Notes: generated by a model from the letters alone, not told the origin. A stretch of 30,838 nt of DNA from an uncultured Eubacteriales bacterium (GCA_964369305.1 CAYJFG010000009.1:1-30838); one strand, 5' to 3'. Shown: positions 1-9,606, numbered from the stretch's first letter. Made by a program: numbers and translations.

Positions 1-182
<182 letters not shown>

Positions 183-206
183 AAATAAAGACATATAAAT
201 TCAAAT

Positions 207-233
207 ATAGGAGGGTTTAAACAGCCCTCCTAT
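207..233 (+). terminator. Probable intrinsic terminator after rpoC
   Basis: Stem ATAGGAGGG / CCCTCCTAT; the U-tract is weak. Confidence 0.7.
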
Positions 234-336
234 TCCGTTTAATTAAGTAGTAATTTATAAAAAATGAAAATTAAAATCTTTAGAGGATTTTTTATTTATA
301 AAGGTAAATTTTAATTTAAAAAGGAGAAACTTTAGT

Positions 337-1002
337 ATGAAGAAAAAAATTGTATTTCAATCATTAATTTTTATTATGATAATTATGTTAATTATGTTAA
401 TGACTAGTTGCACACAAGCAGAGCCACTGCCTGTAAAAGAAATTGAGGAATTAGAAATTACAGCTGATGCAAAACTTGGCGAAAGCACACACATATCAGC
501 ATATTACGACCAATCACTATGGGAGTTTTACCCAGATTTAAGCGAAACTGCTACATTTTACTTATTAAAAACAGGTTCACTTGATGGTCAAGGTACTAAT
601 ATAAACTTTGCAATGCCTGATGATTTAGGTGCAAATGTAAGTACTCAAGATATGGCTCAAATAGTAATTAATACTATAAAAGATGGTGTAGGCTCTAAAG
701 TTGTATATGAAGAGATAAGAAAATTACCAAATAGAGAATTTGTATATCTTGAAAGCGAATTTGAATATACAGATGAAACTATAGAAAAAATGACGGAGTT
801 AGGACTACTAACACAAGAAGTTATAGACGCTTTAGGTGGAGTTGAGGAACTTAAGAAGTTGCCTACAACTTATCAAATTAACACAGCAGTTAATATTGAT
901 GGTTTAGTATATGGATTTTCAGGAACTTACTTTGAAAGTGACGAAAAAGAGATGGTAGAAAATGCACTTACATTAATAATTCAAACAGCTCAACCTAAAT
1001 AA
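337..1002 (+). CDS. Hypothetical lipoprotein
   Basis: AAGGAG RBS; MKKK, hydrophobic stretch and lipobox-like LMTSC; acidic mature region. Confidence 0.8.
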   Translation: MKKKIVFQSLIFIMIIMLIMLMTSCTQAEPLPVKEIEELEITADAKLGESTHISAYYDQSLWEFYPDLSETATFYLLKTGSLDGQGTNINFAMPDDLGANVSTQDMAQIVINTIKDGVGSKVVYEEIRKLPNREFVYLESEFEYTDETIEKMTELGLLTQEVIDALGGVEELKKLPTTYQINTAVNIDGLVYGFSGTYFESDEKEMVENALTLIIQTAQPK

Positions 1003-1042
1003 ATATATTAATATTCTACTACCTAATTTTACGATATAGTGA

Positions 1043-1071
1043 TTGACAGCATATATAATAAATGCTATAAT
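1043..1071 (+). promoter_or_regulatory. sigmaA promoter
   Basis: TTGACA-17 bp-TATAAT with extended -10 TG. Confidence 0.85.
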
Positions 1072-1114
1072 TCACATAACAAAACTAATAATGAAATTAA
1101 GGAGCATTAATTTT

Positions 1115-1582
1115 ATGAAGAAAAAACTTATAACTTTATTATGCATATTTACAATGATCATATTAACTGTTTTTACAGGTTGTAATAATACAAATACAGA
1201 TATACCAGATGTAACAGATCCAACTTTCTCAAGTCAAGAATTAACAGATTTTTACGAAGATGGTAAGTTAATTCAAAAAGAATTGACAAATGCTATTTCT
1301 CAAGTAAAAGCTAAAACTGGTAAAGCGTATATTTTAACACTTGACGACGGAAGCATTCAAACTTTTTATGCATCAGCAAATGATATACCAGTTAGTGCTA
1401 TACTTGAAACAGCAAAAATTGATAATCTAAGTTTGTCAGTTGAGGTTGACTCGGTTATGTATGCTTATGTTTTTAAATCAAATGGATTTTATACAATTGA
1501 AGAGGGAACAGAAGATGAATTGCCAGATGATGCTTTAACAGCGGTTTCTTATGTTGACAAAGACGGCGACTTAATTATATAA
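1115..1582 (+). CDS. Hypothetical lipoprotein
   Basis: Start moved to ATG 1115 (AAGGAG upstream; the track's TTG lies within the -35 box); MKKKLITLL... with lipobox VFTGC. Confidence 0.8.
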   Translation: MKKKLITLLCIFTMIILTVFTGCNNTNTDIPDVTDPTFSSQELTDFYEDGKLIQKELTNAISQVKAKTGKAYILTLDDGSIQTFYASANDIPVSAILETAKIDNLSLSVEVDSVMYAYVFKSNGFYTIEEGTEDELPDDALTAVSYVDKDGDLII

Positions 1583-1598
1583 TAAAATAACAATTTAT

Positions 1599-1632
1599 AA
1601 ACGACACAAGGTGTAATGCTTTGTGTTGTTTT
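1599..1632 (+). terminator. Intrinsic terminator
   Basis: AAACGACACAAGG / CTTTGTGTTGTTT stem with G-U pairs, ending in Ts. Confidence 0.7.
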
Positions 1633-1677
1633 GTATGTAGCAATACTTTCATAGATAAATATTAATTACCTAATTGA

Positions 1678-1706
1678 TTGACTTTGTTAAAAATATACTA
1701 TATAAT
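1678..1706 (+). promoter_or_regulatory. sigmaA promoter
   Basis: TTGACT-17 bp-TATAAT. Confidence 0.75.
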
Positions 1707-1743
1707 TAAAAGTGTATTTTGTTTTTTGAAAAGGAATATAGTA

Positions 1744-1980
1744 ATGGAAATTTTAGAAAAAAGACCATATAAACATTTTAAAGGTAACCTTTATTATGTG
1801 CATAGTTTATTAAAAGATGTAGACAGCGATGAAGTTATTGTTTCATATCAAGCGTTATATTATCCTTATGCTATGTTTGCACGCACACTTAAATCTTTTG
1901 CTGAGGAAATTGATGTTCAAAGAATAGACAATATAACAAAACAACAGTATCGCTTTGAGTTGTTTGACAGTTCAAAATAA
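1744..1980 (+). CDS. DUF1653 family protein
   Basis: YKHFKGNLYYV...YQALY...QYRFE signature; ATG 1744 follows AAGGA. Confidence 0.85.
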   Translation: MEILEKRPYKHFKGNLYYVHSLLKDVDSDEVIVSYQALYYPYAMFARTLKSFAEEIDVQRIDNITKQQYRFELFDSSK

Positions 1981-2000
1981 AAAGAAAGTAGGAGAGCAGT

Positions 2001-2633
2001 ATGTTAGTTCATTCTCAAATATTAGATAGAATAGAAAATTTAAAAAAATATAAGAATGTGTATACTGATGAAATAGCAAAACCATTAATAAAGCCGTTTG
2101 ATAAGAAGAAATTACAGGCGGTTTCATACGATATTAGCATGAGTAATGTTATAATGATTATGAAAAACAGCACAAATCCAATAGATTTAGAAAAGAATAA
2201 TAATATAGAAAACTTATATAAAAAAGAGATAATAAAAGATTTTTATTATTTAAAACCAAATGAATTTATTTTAGTCAAAACGAATGAAATTTTCAATATG
2301 CCTATTGACTTAGTGGGTTATATAAGACCTAGAACTACTTATAATAAATTAGGGCTTATTATGACTACACAGCACATTAACCCTACATTTAAAGGTTATT
2401 TATATATAGGAATAAAAAATACTACAATAAATAGTATTGTTTTAAGAAAGGGCTTGGAAATTGGGCAAGTAGTGTTTGAAAAATTAGATGAAAAAATAGA
2501 AGAGCATATGCTTTATGAAAATTTGAGTACATCAAAATATCAAAATGAAAATGAATTTATAGCCCCAAAGTTTGATGAAAAAACTATAGAGGAAGCAGAC
2601 CAAATTTTTAATGATATAATTTCTAAATTATAA
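2001..2633 (+). CDS. dCTP deaminase/dUTPase (trimeric dUTPase fold) family protein, divergent
   Basis: LQAVSYDI, LKPNEFILVKTNE, PRTTYNKLGL, INPTFKG and IGQVVF motifs align with the Dcd family; AGGAG RBS. Confidence 0.8.
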   Translation: MLVHSQILDRIENLKKYKNVYTDEIAKPLIKPFDKKKLQAVSYDISMSNVIMIMKNSTNPIDLEKNNNIENLYKKEIIKDFYYLKPNEFILVKTNEIFNMPIDLVGYIRPRTTYNKLGLIMTTQHINPTFKGYLYIGIKNTTINSIVLRKGLEIGQVVFEKLDEKIEEHMLYENLSTSKYQNENEFIAPKFDEKTIEEADQIFNDIISKL

Positions 2634-2650
2634 AAGGAGGAATTTGCTTT

Positions 2651-3064
2651 ATGAGTGTTCGAGAAAATAAAGGCAATGAACTTCTTGAAGAAATAGTTGA
2701 AAGTTATGTTAAGGATAAAAGTGTGCAACTAGATGTTCAAAAACGTTTAAAATCTCAAATAATAGATGAAGTTAGAACATCTATTATAGAAGATGAAAAA
2801 AACAATATTAAAAGAGAAGTATTGAAAGAAGAAGATGCAAAGATTACTAAAAAACATAATAAAAGCATAGGTATTATAGCTATCGAGGCAGTTATATTAA
2901 GTTTTATAGTTGGATTAATAGTTAATCAAGCAACCAATTTAATAGATTTATGGGGACAAAATCCATCAATATATATTATAGTGCTAATTGCTTTGTTGCT
3001 TATATTATTTATAGCGTTGGTTTTAATATTAAATAATAGAATAAATAAAAAATTTAACAAATAA
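2651..3064 (+). CDS. Hypothetical protein with charged helical N-terminus and two C-terminal TM helices
   Basis: AGGAGG RBS; two hydrophobic segments (IGIIAIEAVILSFIVGLIV and IYIIVLIALLLILFIALVLIL). Confidence 0.8.
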   Translation: MSVRENKGNELLEEIVESYVKDKSVQLDVQKRLKSQIIDEVRTSIIEDEKNNIKREVLKEEDAKITKKHNKSIGIIAIEAVILSFIVGLIVNQATNLIDLWGQNPSIYIIVLIALLLILFIALVLILNNRINKKFNK

Positions 3065-3170
3065 TACTTAAAGTATGCTATAAAAATTACGATTGTTCAT
3101 TATTTGTAACATTAAAAATGCGTAAATTTATTTAATTTATAAACACTCTTTTAATTATACACAAACTGTA

Positions 3171-3198
3171 TTGACACATTTAAAATTAATGATATAAT
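3171..3198 (+). promoter_or_regulatory. sigmaA promoter of metK leader
   Basis: TTGACA-16 bp-TATAAT with TG. Confidence 0.8.
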
Positions 3199-3230
3199 AT
3201 ATATCATACGTTAAATAATTTAATAAATCT

Positions 3231-3326
3231 ACTTATCGAGAGAAACTGAGGGGACAGGCCTTATGAAGTTTCGGCAACCTGCTTTAGCAAGGTGCTAAAT
3301 CCTGCGGATAATACCGAAAGATGAGT
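3231..3326 (+). ncRNA. SAM-I (S-box) riboswitch
   Basis: CTTATCGAGAG...GAGGGGACAGGCC...GGCAACC...GGTGCTAAATCC...AAGATGAG consensus, directly upstream of metK. Confidence 0.95.
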
Positions 3327-3334
3327 TTTAAACA

Positions 3335-3371
3335 AACGTTTTTCGGAAAAAAAGAAAAACGTTATTTTGTT
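3335..3371 (+). terminator. Riboswitch expression-platform terminator
   Basis: AACGTTTTTC / GAAAAACGTT stem followed by ATTTTGTT. Confidence 0.65.
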
Positions 3372-3396
3372 ATTAGTTGGAAAGGAAAATTTAATT

Positions 3397-4587
3397 ATGG
3401 CAAGACATTTTTTTACATCAGAATCAGTTACAGAGGGACACCCAGATAAAGTTTGCGACCAAATTTCAGATGCAGTTTTAGATGCAATTTTAGAAAACGA
3501 CAAAGATGCACACGTTGCGTGTGAAGTAACAGTTACTACAGGTATGGTTCATGTTATGGGTGAAATCACAACAGAATGTTACGTTGAAATAGATAAAATA
3601 GCAAGACAAGTTGTTTGCGATATAGGTTACGACAATCCAAAATGTGGTTTTGATGGCAACACTTGTGCAGTTTTAACTTCAATTGATGCACAATCACCTG
3701 ATATAGCGTTAGGTGTTAATGAAAGTTACGAGAAAAAACACGGAGAAAATGACGAATACAACATTTACGGAGCAGGCGACCAAGGTATGATGTTTGGTTA
3801 TGCGTGCGACGAAACAAAGGAACTTATGCCAACTAGTGCAGTTTTAGCGCATAAGCTTGCAAAAAAACTTGCTCAAGTTAGAAAAGATGGAACTTTAAAT
3901 TATTTAAGACCAGACGGAAAAACTCAAGTTACAGTTGAATATCAAGAAAACGAAATTGTAAGAATAGACGGTATAGTTGTATCTACTCAACATGATGAGG
4001 ACGTTACACTTGAGCAAATTAGAAAAGATATGATAGAGTATGTAGTTAATCCTATAATACCATCAAACTTTATTGACGAAAACACAAAAATATTTATAAA
4101 TCCAACAGGTAGATTTGTAACAGGTGGTCCAGTTGGTGACAGTGGACTTACTGGCAGAAAAATAATTGTAGATACTTACGGAGGTTTTGCAAGACACGGT
4201 GGCGGAGCGTTCTCAGGTAAAGATCCTACAAAAGTTGATAGAAGTGCAGCTTATGCAGCTAGATATGTTGCAAAAAATATAGTAGCAGCAGGGCTTTCAA
4301 AAAAATGCGAAATTCAACTTGCGTATGCAATAGGAGTTGCAAAACCAGTATCTGTAATGGTTGAAACTTTCGGTACTTCAACTTATACAAACGAGCAATT
4401 AGAGAAAGCTGTGCAAAAAGTTTTTGACTTACGCCCAGCAGCTATAATAGATTCTCTAAATTTAAAAAATATTAAATATAGACAATTAGCAGCGTATGGT
4501 CATATGGGAAGAATAGACTTAAATATTCCATGGGAAAAAACAGATAAAACAGAAGAACTTATTGAGTGTATAATTAATAATTCTTGA
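3397..4587 (+). CDS. metK: S-adenosylmethionine synthetase
   Basis: [19 protein letters not shown] and GGGAFSGKD motifs; ATG 3397 follows AAGGA. Confidence 0.98.
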   Translation: MARHFFTSESVTEGHPDKVCDQISDAVLDAILENDKDAHVACEVTVTTGMVHVMGEITTECYVEIDKIARQVVCDIGYDNPKCGFDGNTCAVLTSIDAQSPDIALGVNESYEKKHGENDEYNIYGAGDQGMMFGYACDETKELMPTSAVLAHKLAKKLAQVRKDGTLNYLRPDGKTQVTVEYQENEIVRIDGIVVSTQHDEDVTLEQIRKDMIEYVVNPIIPSNFIDENTKIFINPTGRFVTGGPVGDSGLTGRKIIVDTYGGFARHGGGAFSGKDPTKVDRSAAYAARYVAKNIVAAGLSKKCEIQLAYAIGVAKPVSVMVETFGTSTYTNEQLEKAVQKVFDLRPAAIIDSLNLKNIKYRQLAAYGHMGRIDLNIPWEKTDKTEELIECIINNS

Positions 4588-4653
4588 ATTGAAATTTATA
4601 ATAAAAACCATAAAACATAAACGTGGAACACATAATCAAGGAGAATTTTAAAT

Positions 4654-5682
4654 ATGAAAAATATAGATATTGTAGTCCCATGTTATAATGAAGAAGAGGG
4701 ACTGGAAGTTTTTATAAATGAAACTGCAAAAATCACTAATGAGATTATAGGGTACAATTTTACTTTCATTTTAGTAAACGACGGTAGCGGAGACCATACG
4801 TATTTAGTGATGAAAAAATTAGCAGAAAAGAGAAGTGATATAAAATATATTTCTTTTTCAAGGAATTTTGGTAAAGAGGCTGCTATGTATGCTGGTCTTA
4901 AATATACAACAGGTGACTATGTTATAGTTATGGACGCTGACTTACAACATCCGCCAAGCTTAATACCAAAAATGATAAAAGGTATTGAAGGTGGCCACGA
5001 CTGTTGTGCTGCAATGCGTTCTACTCGTGATGGCGAATCGAAAATAAGAAGTGCATTTTCAAGAACTTTTTACAAAGTAAGCAATAAAATAACAGATGTT
5101 AAAATGCCATATGGTGCAGTAGATTTTAGAATAATGAGTAGACAAATGATAGACTCAATTTTAGAGTTATCGGAAGTTCAACGTTTTTCAAAAGGTATAT
5201 TCTGTTGGGTAGGCTTTGACACAAAATGGATACCTTACGAAAATATAGAACGCTCAATTGGTACTACAAAATGGAGTTTTTGGGGTCTGTTTAAATATGC
5301 TATTGACGGTCTTACAGCTTTTTCAGTAGCACCGCTTAGATTAATAGCTGGTATAGGTATTTTTATTTCATTATTTGCATTTATTTATATATTGATAACT
5401 TTAATCCATACAGCTATAACAGGTATAGAAGTGCCAGGATACACAACAAACCTTTGTGCTACTTTATTTTTAGGTGGAATAACAGTGTTTTCAATAGGTG
5501 TGCTTGGTGAGTACATTGGTAGAATTTATATGGAAACAAAAAATCGACCTATATTTATACTTAAACATACAAATATAGATGTAAAGAAGTTTGAAGAAAA
5601 TAAGCAAGAAAAATCTGAGTTTGAACACCCGATTAGTTTAGATGAGAACGAGAAAAGTTATGATATAGAGTACTTTGAATAA
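4654..5682 (+). CDS. GT2 glycosyltransferase, GtrB/YkcC/CsbB-like (undecaprenyl-phosphate glycosyltransferase)
   Basis: VVPCYNEE, NDGS, SRNFGKEAAM and MDADLQHPP motifs; two C-terminal TM helices; GEYIGRIY.E.K.RP. Confidence 0.92.
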   Translation: MKNIDIVVPCYNEEEGLEVFINETAKITNEIIGYNFTFILVNDGSGDHTYLVMKKLAEKRSDIKYISFSRNFGKEAAMYAGLKYTTGDYVIVMDADLQHPPSLIPKMIKGIEGGHDCCAAMRSTRDGESKIRSAFSRTFYKVSNKITDVKMPYGAVDFRIMSRQMIDSILELSEVQRFSKGIFCWVGFDTKWIPYENIERSIGTTKWSFWGLFKYAIDGLTAFSVAPLRLIAGIGIFISLFAFIYILITLIHTAITGIEVPGYTTNLCATLFLGGITVFSIGVLGEYIGRIYMETKNRPIFILKHTNIDVKKFEENKQEKSEFEHPISLDENEKSYDIEYFE

Positions 5683-5696
5683 TTTGTAAGTGGGGA

Positions 5697-6173
5697 ATGA
5701 TAGTGTCGTTTTTAAAAAGCTTTTTTGATGAAAAATTCTTTAAATTTATAATAGTAGGCTTAATAAATACAGCAGTAGGGCAGGGACTACAGTTTGGAAT
5801 ACTAAACCTTACCGTTTTGGTTACTATGGGTCAACAAGGAATGTGGATAGCATCTGGTATATCTTATATACTAGGTAGTATTTTAAGTTATGTTTTAAAT
5901 AAGCACTTTACTTTTAAAAACAAAGAAAAAGGAATAAAACCAGTGTTGAGGTTTGCTTTAAATATAGCAATAGGTTATATTTTAGCTTATAGTATAGCAA
6001 TACCGTCAGTAACATATTTGTGTAACGTTAATCAATGGACGATGTTTGGATTAAGCGTTGAGCAGTTTTCTGCAAATTTAGGATTGGTAGTTGGTAGTTG
6101 TTTATTTGTAGCTTTCAATTATGTAGGACAAAGATATTTTGCATTTAAAGAAAAAAAAGAAGATGATGTATAA
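5697..6173 (+). CDS. GtrA family flippase
   Basis: FFKFIIVGLINT, SYVLNKHFTF and FNYVGQRYFAF motifs; four TM helices. Confidence 0.9.
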   Translation: MIVSFLKSFFDEKFFKFIIVGLINTAVGQGLQFGILNLTVLVTMGQQGMWIASGISYILGSILSYVLNKHFTFKNKEKGIKPVLRFALNIAIGYILAYSIAIPSVTYLCNVNQWTMFGLSVEQFSANLGLVVGSCLFVAFNYVGQRYFAFKEKKEDDV

Positions 6174-6195
6174 TAAAAGGATAAAAAAGACACCA

Positions 6196-6253
6196 GATAC
6201 AAGTTTATAGAAAAAGACAAAAAAGATACCAGTTTTTAGAAAATGACAAAATA
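6196..6253. repeat. 29-bp imperfect tandem duplication
   Basis: GATACAAGTTTATAGAAAAAGACAAAAAA followed by GATACCAGTTTTTAGAAAATGACAAAATA. Confidence 0.75.
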
Positions 6254-6265
6254 TAAAACTCAAAA

Positions 6266-6503
6266 AAATCTTTTATACAAATAAAAAATCCGTAAGGATT
6301 TTCACATTCACTATTCACTATTCATTCTTCACTCTTCACCCTTCGCTTTTCGCTTCTTAACTTTTGCAATTCTCTTAATTATTAATCGATATATAGCATA
6401 AACTTAAGAAAATAAATAAAATTAAGAATAAATCTTTTATACAAATAAAAAATCCGTAAGGATTTACACATTCACTATTCACTATTCATTATTCACTCTT
6501 CAC
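6266..6503. repeat. Two ~74-bp direct repeats, each a palindrome plus a heptamer tandem array
   Basis: Copies at about 6266-6339 and 6430-6503: AAATCTTTTATACAAATAAAAAATCCGTAAGGATTT followed by TTCACTA-like 7-mers. Confidence 0.9.
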
Positions 6504-6517
6504 TTATAATTAACCGT

Positions 6518-6561
6518 AAAAAACCCCATATATCACTTTAATTAATCGTGATATATGGGGT
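6518..6561 (-). terminator. Intrinsic terminator of the ddl-murF-zinc ribbon operon (possibly bidirectional)
   Basis: Perfect 14-bp stem ACCCCATATATCAC / GTGATATATGGGGT; T-run on the minus strand. Confidence 0.85.
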
Positions 6562-6576
6562 AAATTTTATTATGTA

Positions 6577-7080
6577 TTAAGCAATATTTACATTAATTTC
6601 AGGGAAATAATCTCTTATAAGTTCTGCAAGCTCTGGTGATATTTCTACAAGGTAGCTAATAATATATGGCATATAGAATAAAAATACTATAAAAATAATT
6701 ACTGAAATGACAACAGAAATTATAGATAATATTAGGGAAATCTTTGCAGATTTTCTTGCTCCCTCAAGATCTCCACGATTTTCAAAAGTGCTTATTCTTC
6801 CTGCGAAAACAATAGCTACAATACTCAATATTTGACCACCGCTACAAAAAAGAAAAGTAAGTATTGAAAATACTAAATAAGGAACCATAATAGTAGGTGG
6901 TTTTTGAGTTGTGTTGTTAATAGGTTGTGTTTGTTGAGTGTTGAAGTTTGTGTTTACAGGTGGTGCGGTGTAAGTTGTATTTGTAGGTTGAGTGCTATTA
7001 TCTTGACTAGTAGACGCTCCGCATATATTACAGAACTTTGAGTTATCCTCGATGTTATTTTTACAATTATTGCATATCAT
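6577..7080 (-). CDS. Zinc-ribbon plus CD225/dispanin-like membrane protein
   Basis: CNNC...FCNICG; Q/T/P-rich linker; SILTFLFC...GDLEGARKSAK dispanin-like TM pattern. Confidence 0.8.
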   Translation of the reverse strand: MICNNCKNNIEDNSKFCNICGASTSQDNSTQPTNTTYTAPPVNTNFNTQQTQPINNTTQKPPTIMVPYLVFSILTFLFCSGGQILSIVAIVFAGRISTFENRGDLEGARKSAKISLILSIISVVISVIIFIVFLFYMPYIISYLVEISPELAELIRDYFPEINVNIA

Positions 7081-7176
7081 TGATAAAAATCTCCTTTTTA
7101 TTAAAATTTATATTTTTGTAATGATTAATACATAATAAATCAAAAAAGTTTAGTTGTAACAGACGCAACAAAAAGA

Positions 7177-7617
7177 TTAATATATAAAATAATCATTATT
7201 AAAAGCTAAAATAAGTAAGACAGAGTAAATAGTGCATATTGAAACACTAGATATTGAAAGTATAAAAGAAGCTTTCGCTAAGTGTTTAGAGTTTTCTATA
7301 GGTTCAACTCTTGAAATCTTCCTTGCTTTTGTAGCAAAGACTATGCTAATAATACTAAGAGGTAATAGCAAAGCTCCAAAAACACTAAGAGTTAAAATAC
7401 CTGAAAGAACAGTTGATAAAATAGCAAAAAACAAGCATAATTTATGTTTTGGTTTGCTATAATTTAAAGGTTGGTATGGCAATTGCCCATATGTATTTTG
7501 TGAAATATAATGATTTTGGAAATTATAATGCTCGCTATTATATGATAATTTATTACCGCAACTAGTGCAAAAATTATCAATAGACGAAACTTTATTACCG
7601 CAATTATCGCAAAACAC
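7177..7617 (-). CDS. Zinc-ribbon membrane protein
   Basis: GTG start after GGAGG; FCDNCG...FCTSCG; TM segments similar to the neighbouring genes. Confidence 0.78.
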   Translation of the reverse strand: MFCDNCGNKVSSIDNFCTSCGNKLSYNSEHYNFQNHYISQNTYGQLPYQPLNYSKPKHKLCLFFAILSTVLSGILTLSVFGALLLPLSIISIVFATKARKISRVEPIENSKHLAKASFILSISSVSICTIYSVLLILAFNNDYFIY

Positions 7618-7635
7618 TATATAACCTCCCAAACT

Positions 7636-8166
7636 TTAATAAAATAAATTCAATGCTGGATATTCAGAGAAAAATGAAAGCATAGATAATATTTGAAAAA
7701 TTGAAGATACTGCACAAAGGCTTGCACCAATAACAGAAAGTACAAAAGCTGTTTTTCTACTTTGTACGGCTTCTATAAAATTATTTGAAAGCTTAGCCTT
7801 GTTAGATTTAGAAGCGTAAACTAAGCCTATAATACCTAAAGCAAGAGCAATAAAGTTAAATAAAAAACCTAAAACTATTGATACAATAGATAAAACCATT
7901 GGTAGAGTAGTGCTTTTTAATTTGTTTTGAGCCTCGTGTTGTTGTTGATTATAATTACCGTACTGTTGTTGAGCGTATGGGTTATATTGTTGTGGTTGTT
8001 GTGAATATTGGTCGTATTGTGGTTGGTTGTGTTGTGGTTGGTTGTATTGCTCGTTTAAAATTGGTGGTTGAGCATAATTATCACTTGATAAACTATTGCC
8101 GCAATGGGTGCAAAACTTGCTACTATCGTTAAAAATCTCTTTGTTGCAGCGGCTACAAACTTTCAT
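7636..8166 (-). CDS. Zinc-ribbon membrane protein (CD225/DUF4190-like)
   Basis: CSRC...FCTHCG; Q/Y/N/P repeats; three hydrophobic segments; AAGGAG RBS. Confidence 0.8.
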   Translation of the reverse strand: MKVCSRCNKEIFNDSSKFCTHCGNSLSSDNYAQPPILNEQYNQPQHNQPQYDQYSQQPQQYNPYAQQQYGNYNQQQHEAQNKLKSTTLPMVLSIVSIVLGFLFNFIALALGIIGLVYASKSNKAKLSNNFIEAVQSRKTAFVLSVIGASLCAVSSIFQILSMLSFFSEYPALNLFY

Positions 8167-8197
8167 AAATAAACACTCCTTTTATGTTTTAAAAATA

Positions 8198-9592
8198 TTA
8201 TACAATGTAATAATCGTCTTCAAATGGACAATCGTTTTTAATATATTCTACAATTTCGCTAAAGCCCATACCGTTTGATGCTTTAACAAGTATAACATCT
8301 TGCGGTTTTAGAATAGATTTTAAATATATTTTTGCATCTTTTACATTAGCAAAATAAATATAATTTTCTCTATTATAACCCATAACGATATATTTTGCAA
8401 GCTCTCCTATACAAACAAGCTTTTGAATATTTCGCTCGTTTACTCTTCTGCCTATTTGGCGGTGCAAATCTTCTTCGTTTGCTCCAAGCTCTAACATATC
8501 ACCTAAAATAGCAACAGTTCTATTAGTGCTATTAAAAGTTGAAAGTGTATCTACAGCGTAAGACATTGACGACGGATTAGCGTTGTAACAGTCGTCGATA
8601 ATTGTATGTTTTTTTGTTTTTATTATATTTGTACGCCCTTTTATAGTTTTAAATTTGCGTATCCCTTTTGCAATATCAATATCGCTTACATTATATATTT
8701 TGCCAACCGCAAAAGCACAAAGTGCGTTTAAAATTGAATATTCACCAATAGATGGAATGTCTGCATAAATTTCATCATCGCCACACATTAAAGTACATTC
8801 AATCCCTTTTAAACCTTTATAAGTGATATCAACAGCAGTATAATCATTTTTTCTTAAAAGACCATAAAAATAAGGTTTAATACCGTTTACATCTGTTATT
8901 GTATTAAGTAAATTATCATCGCCGTTAAGTAGAATTTTTCCGTTTTCATTTATATGATTAAACATTTCAGTTTTAGCTTTAAGCACGCCTCTCCTACTCA
9001 TTAATTTTTCAAGATGACTACTACCGATTATAGTTAGAATACATAAATCAGGTTTTACAACACTTGCAAGTCTATCCATTTCGCCAAAATCAGAAATACC
9101 CATTTCAATTACAGCTATTTGAGTTTCTTCTGGCATAGATAAAATAGTAAGTGGCATACCTATTTCGTTATTAAAATTTCCTTGTGTTTTGTGAACTTTA
9201 TATTTTTGAGATAAAACAGATGCTATCATCTCTTTAGTTGAAGTTTTACCAACGCTACCTGAGATACCTATAAATGGTATATCAAATAAACTTCTGTAAA
9301 ATCTTGCAATATCCATTAAAGCCGTATTACAAGAATTAACAAGGATATAACAAATGTCGTCGCCCTCAAGTTTTTTTTCACTTATAGCACATAATGCACC
9401 ATCATCTAAAGCTTTTTCTATAAAGTCGTGACCATCTACATTATTTCCTTTTAAAGCTACAAATAAACAGTCTTTCTCGATTTTTCTGCTATCAATAGTA
9501 ACACCTGTAATAGACTTTTCTTTTTGATAATTGCGACAAAATAAAGTTCCGTTACAAGCTAAAGCAATTTGTGATAATGTAATTTTTTTCAT
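8198..9592 (-). CDS. murF: UDP-N-acetylmuramoyl-tripeptide--D-Ala-D-Ala ligase
   Basis: GSVGKTSTKE, GNFNNEIG, DDCYNANP, GDMLELG and LVKAS motifs. Confidence 0.95.
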   Translation of the reverse strand: MKKITLSQIALACNGTLFCRNYQKEKSITGVTIDSRKIEKDCLFVALKGNNVDGHDFIEKALDDGALCAISEKKLEGDDICYILVNSCNTALMDIARFYRSLFDIPFIGISGSVGKTSTKEMIASVLSQKYKVHKTQGNFNNEIGMPLTILSMPEETQIAVIEMGISDFGEMDRLASVVKPDLCILTIIGSSHLEKLMSRRGVLKAKTEMFNHINENGKILLNGDDNLLNTITDVNGIKPYFYGLLRKNDYTAVDITYKGLKGIECTLMCGDDEIYADIPSIGEYSILNALCAFAVGKIYNVSDIDIAKGIRKFKTIKGRTNIIKTKKHTIIDDCYNANPSSMSYAVDTLSTFNSTNRTVAILGDMLELGANEEDLHRQIGRRVNERNIQKLVCIGELAKYIVMGYNRENYIYFANVKDAKIYLKSILKPQDVILVKASNGMGFSEIVEYIKNDCPFEDDYYIV

Positions 9593-9606
9593 AGTGATTA
9601 ATCCTT

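Noticed and set aside
6266..6503. CRISPR mini-array
   Set aside because: Only two units, repeat and spacer lengths (about 74 and 90 bp) are atypical, and no cas genes are present.
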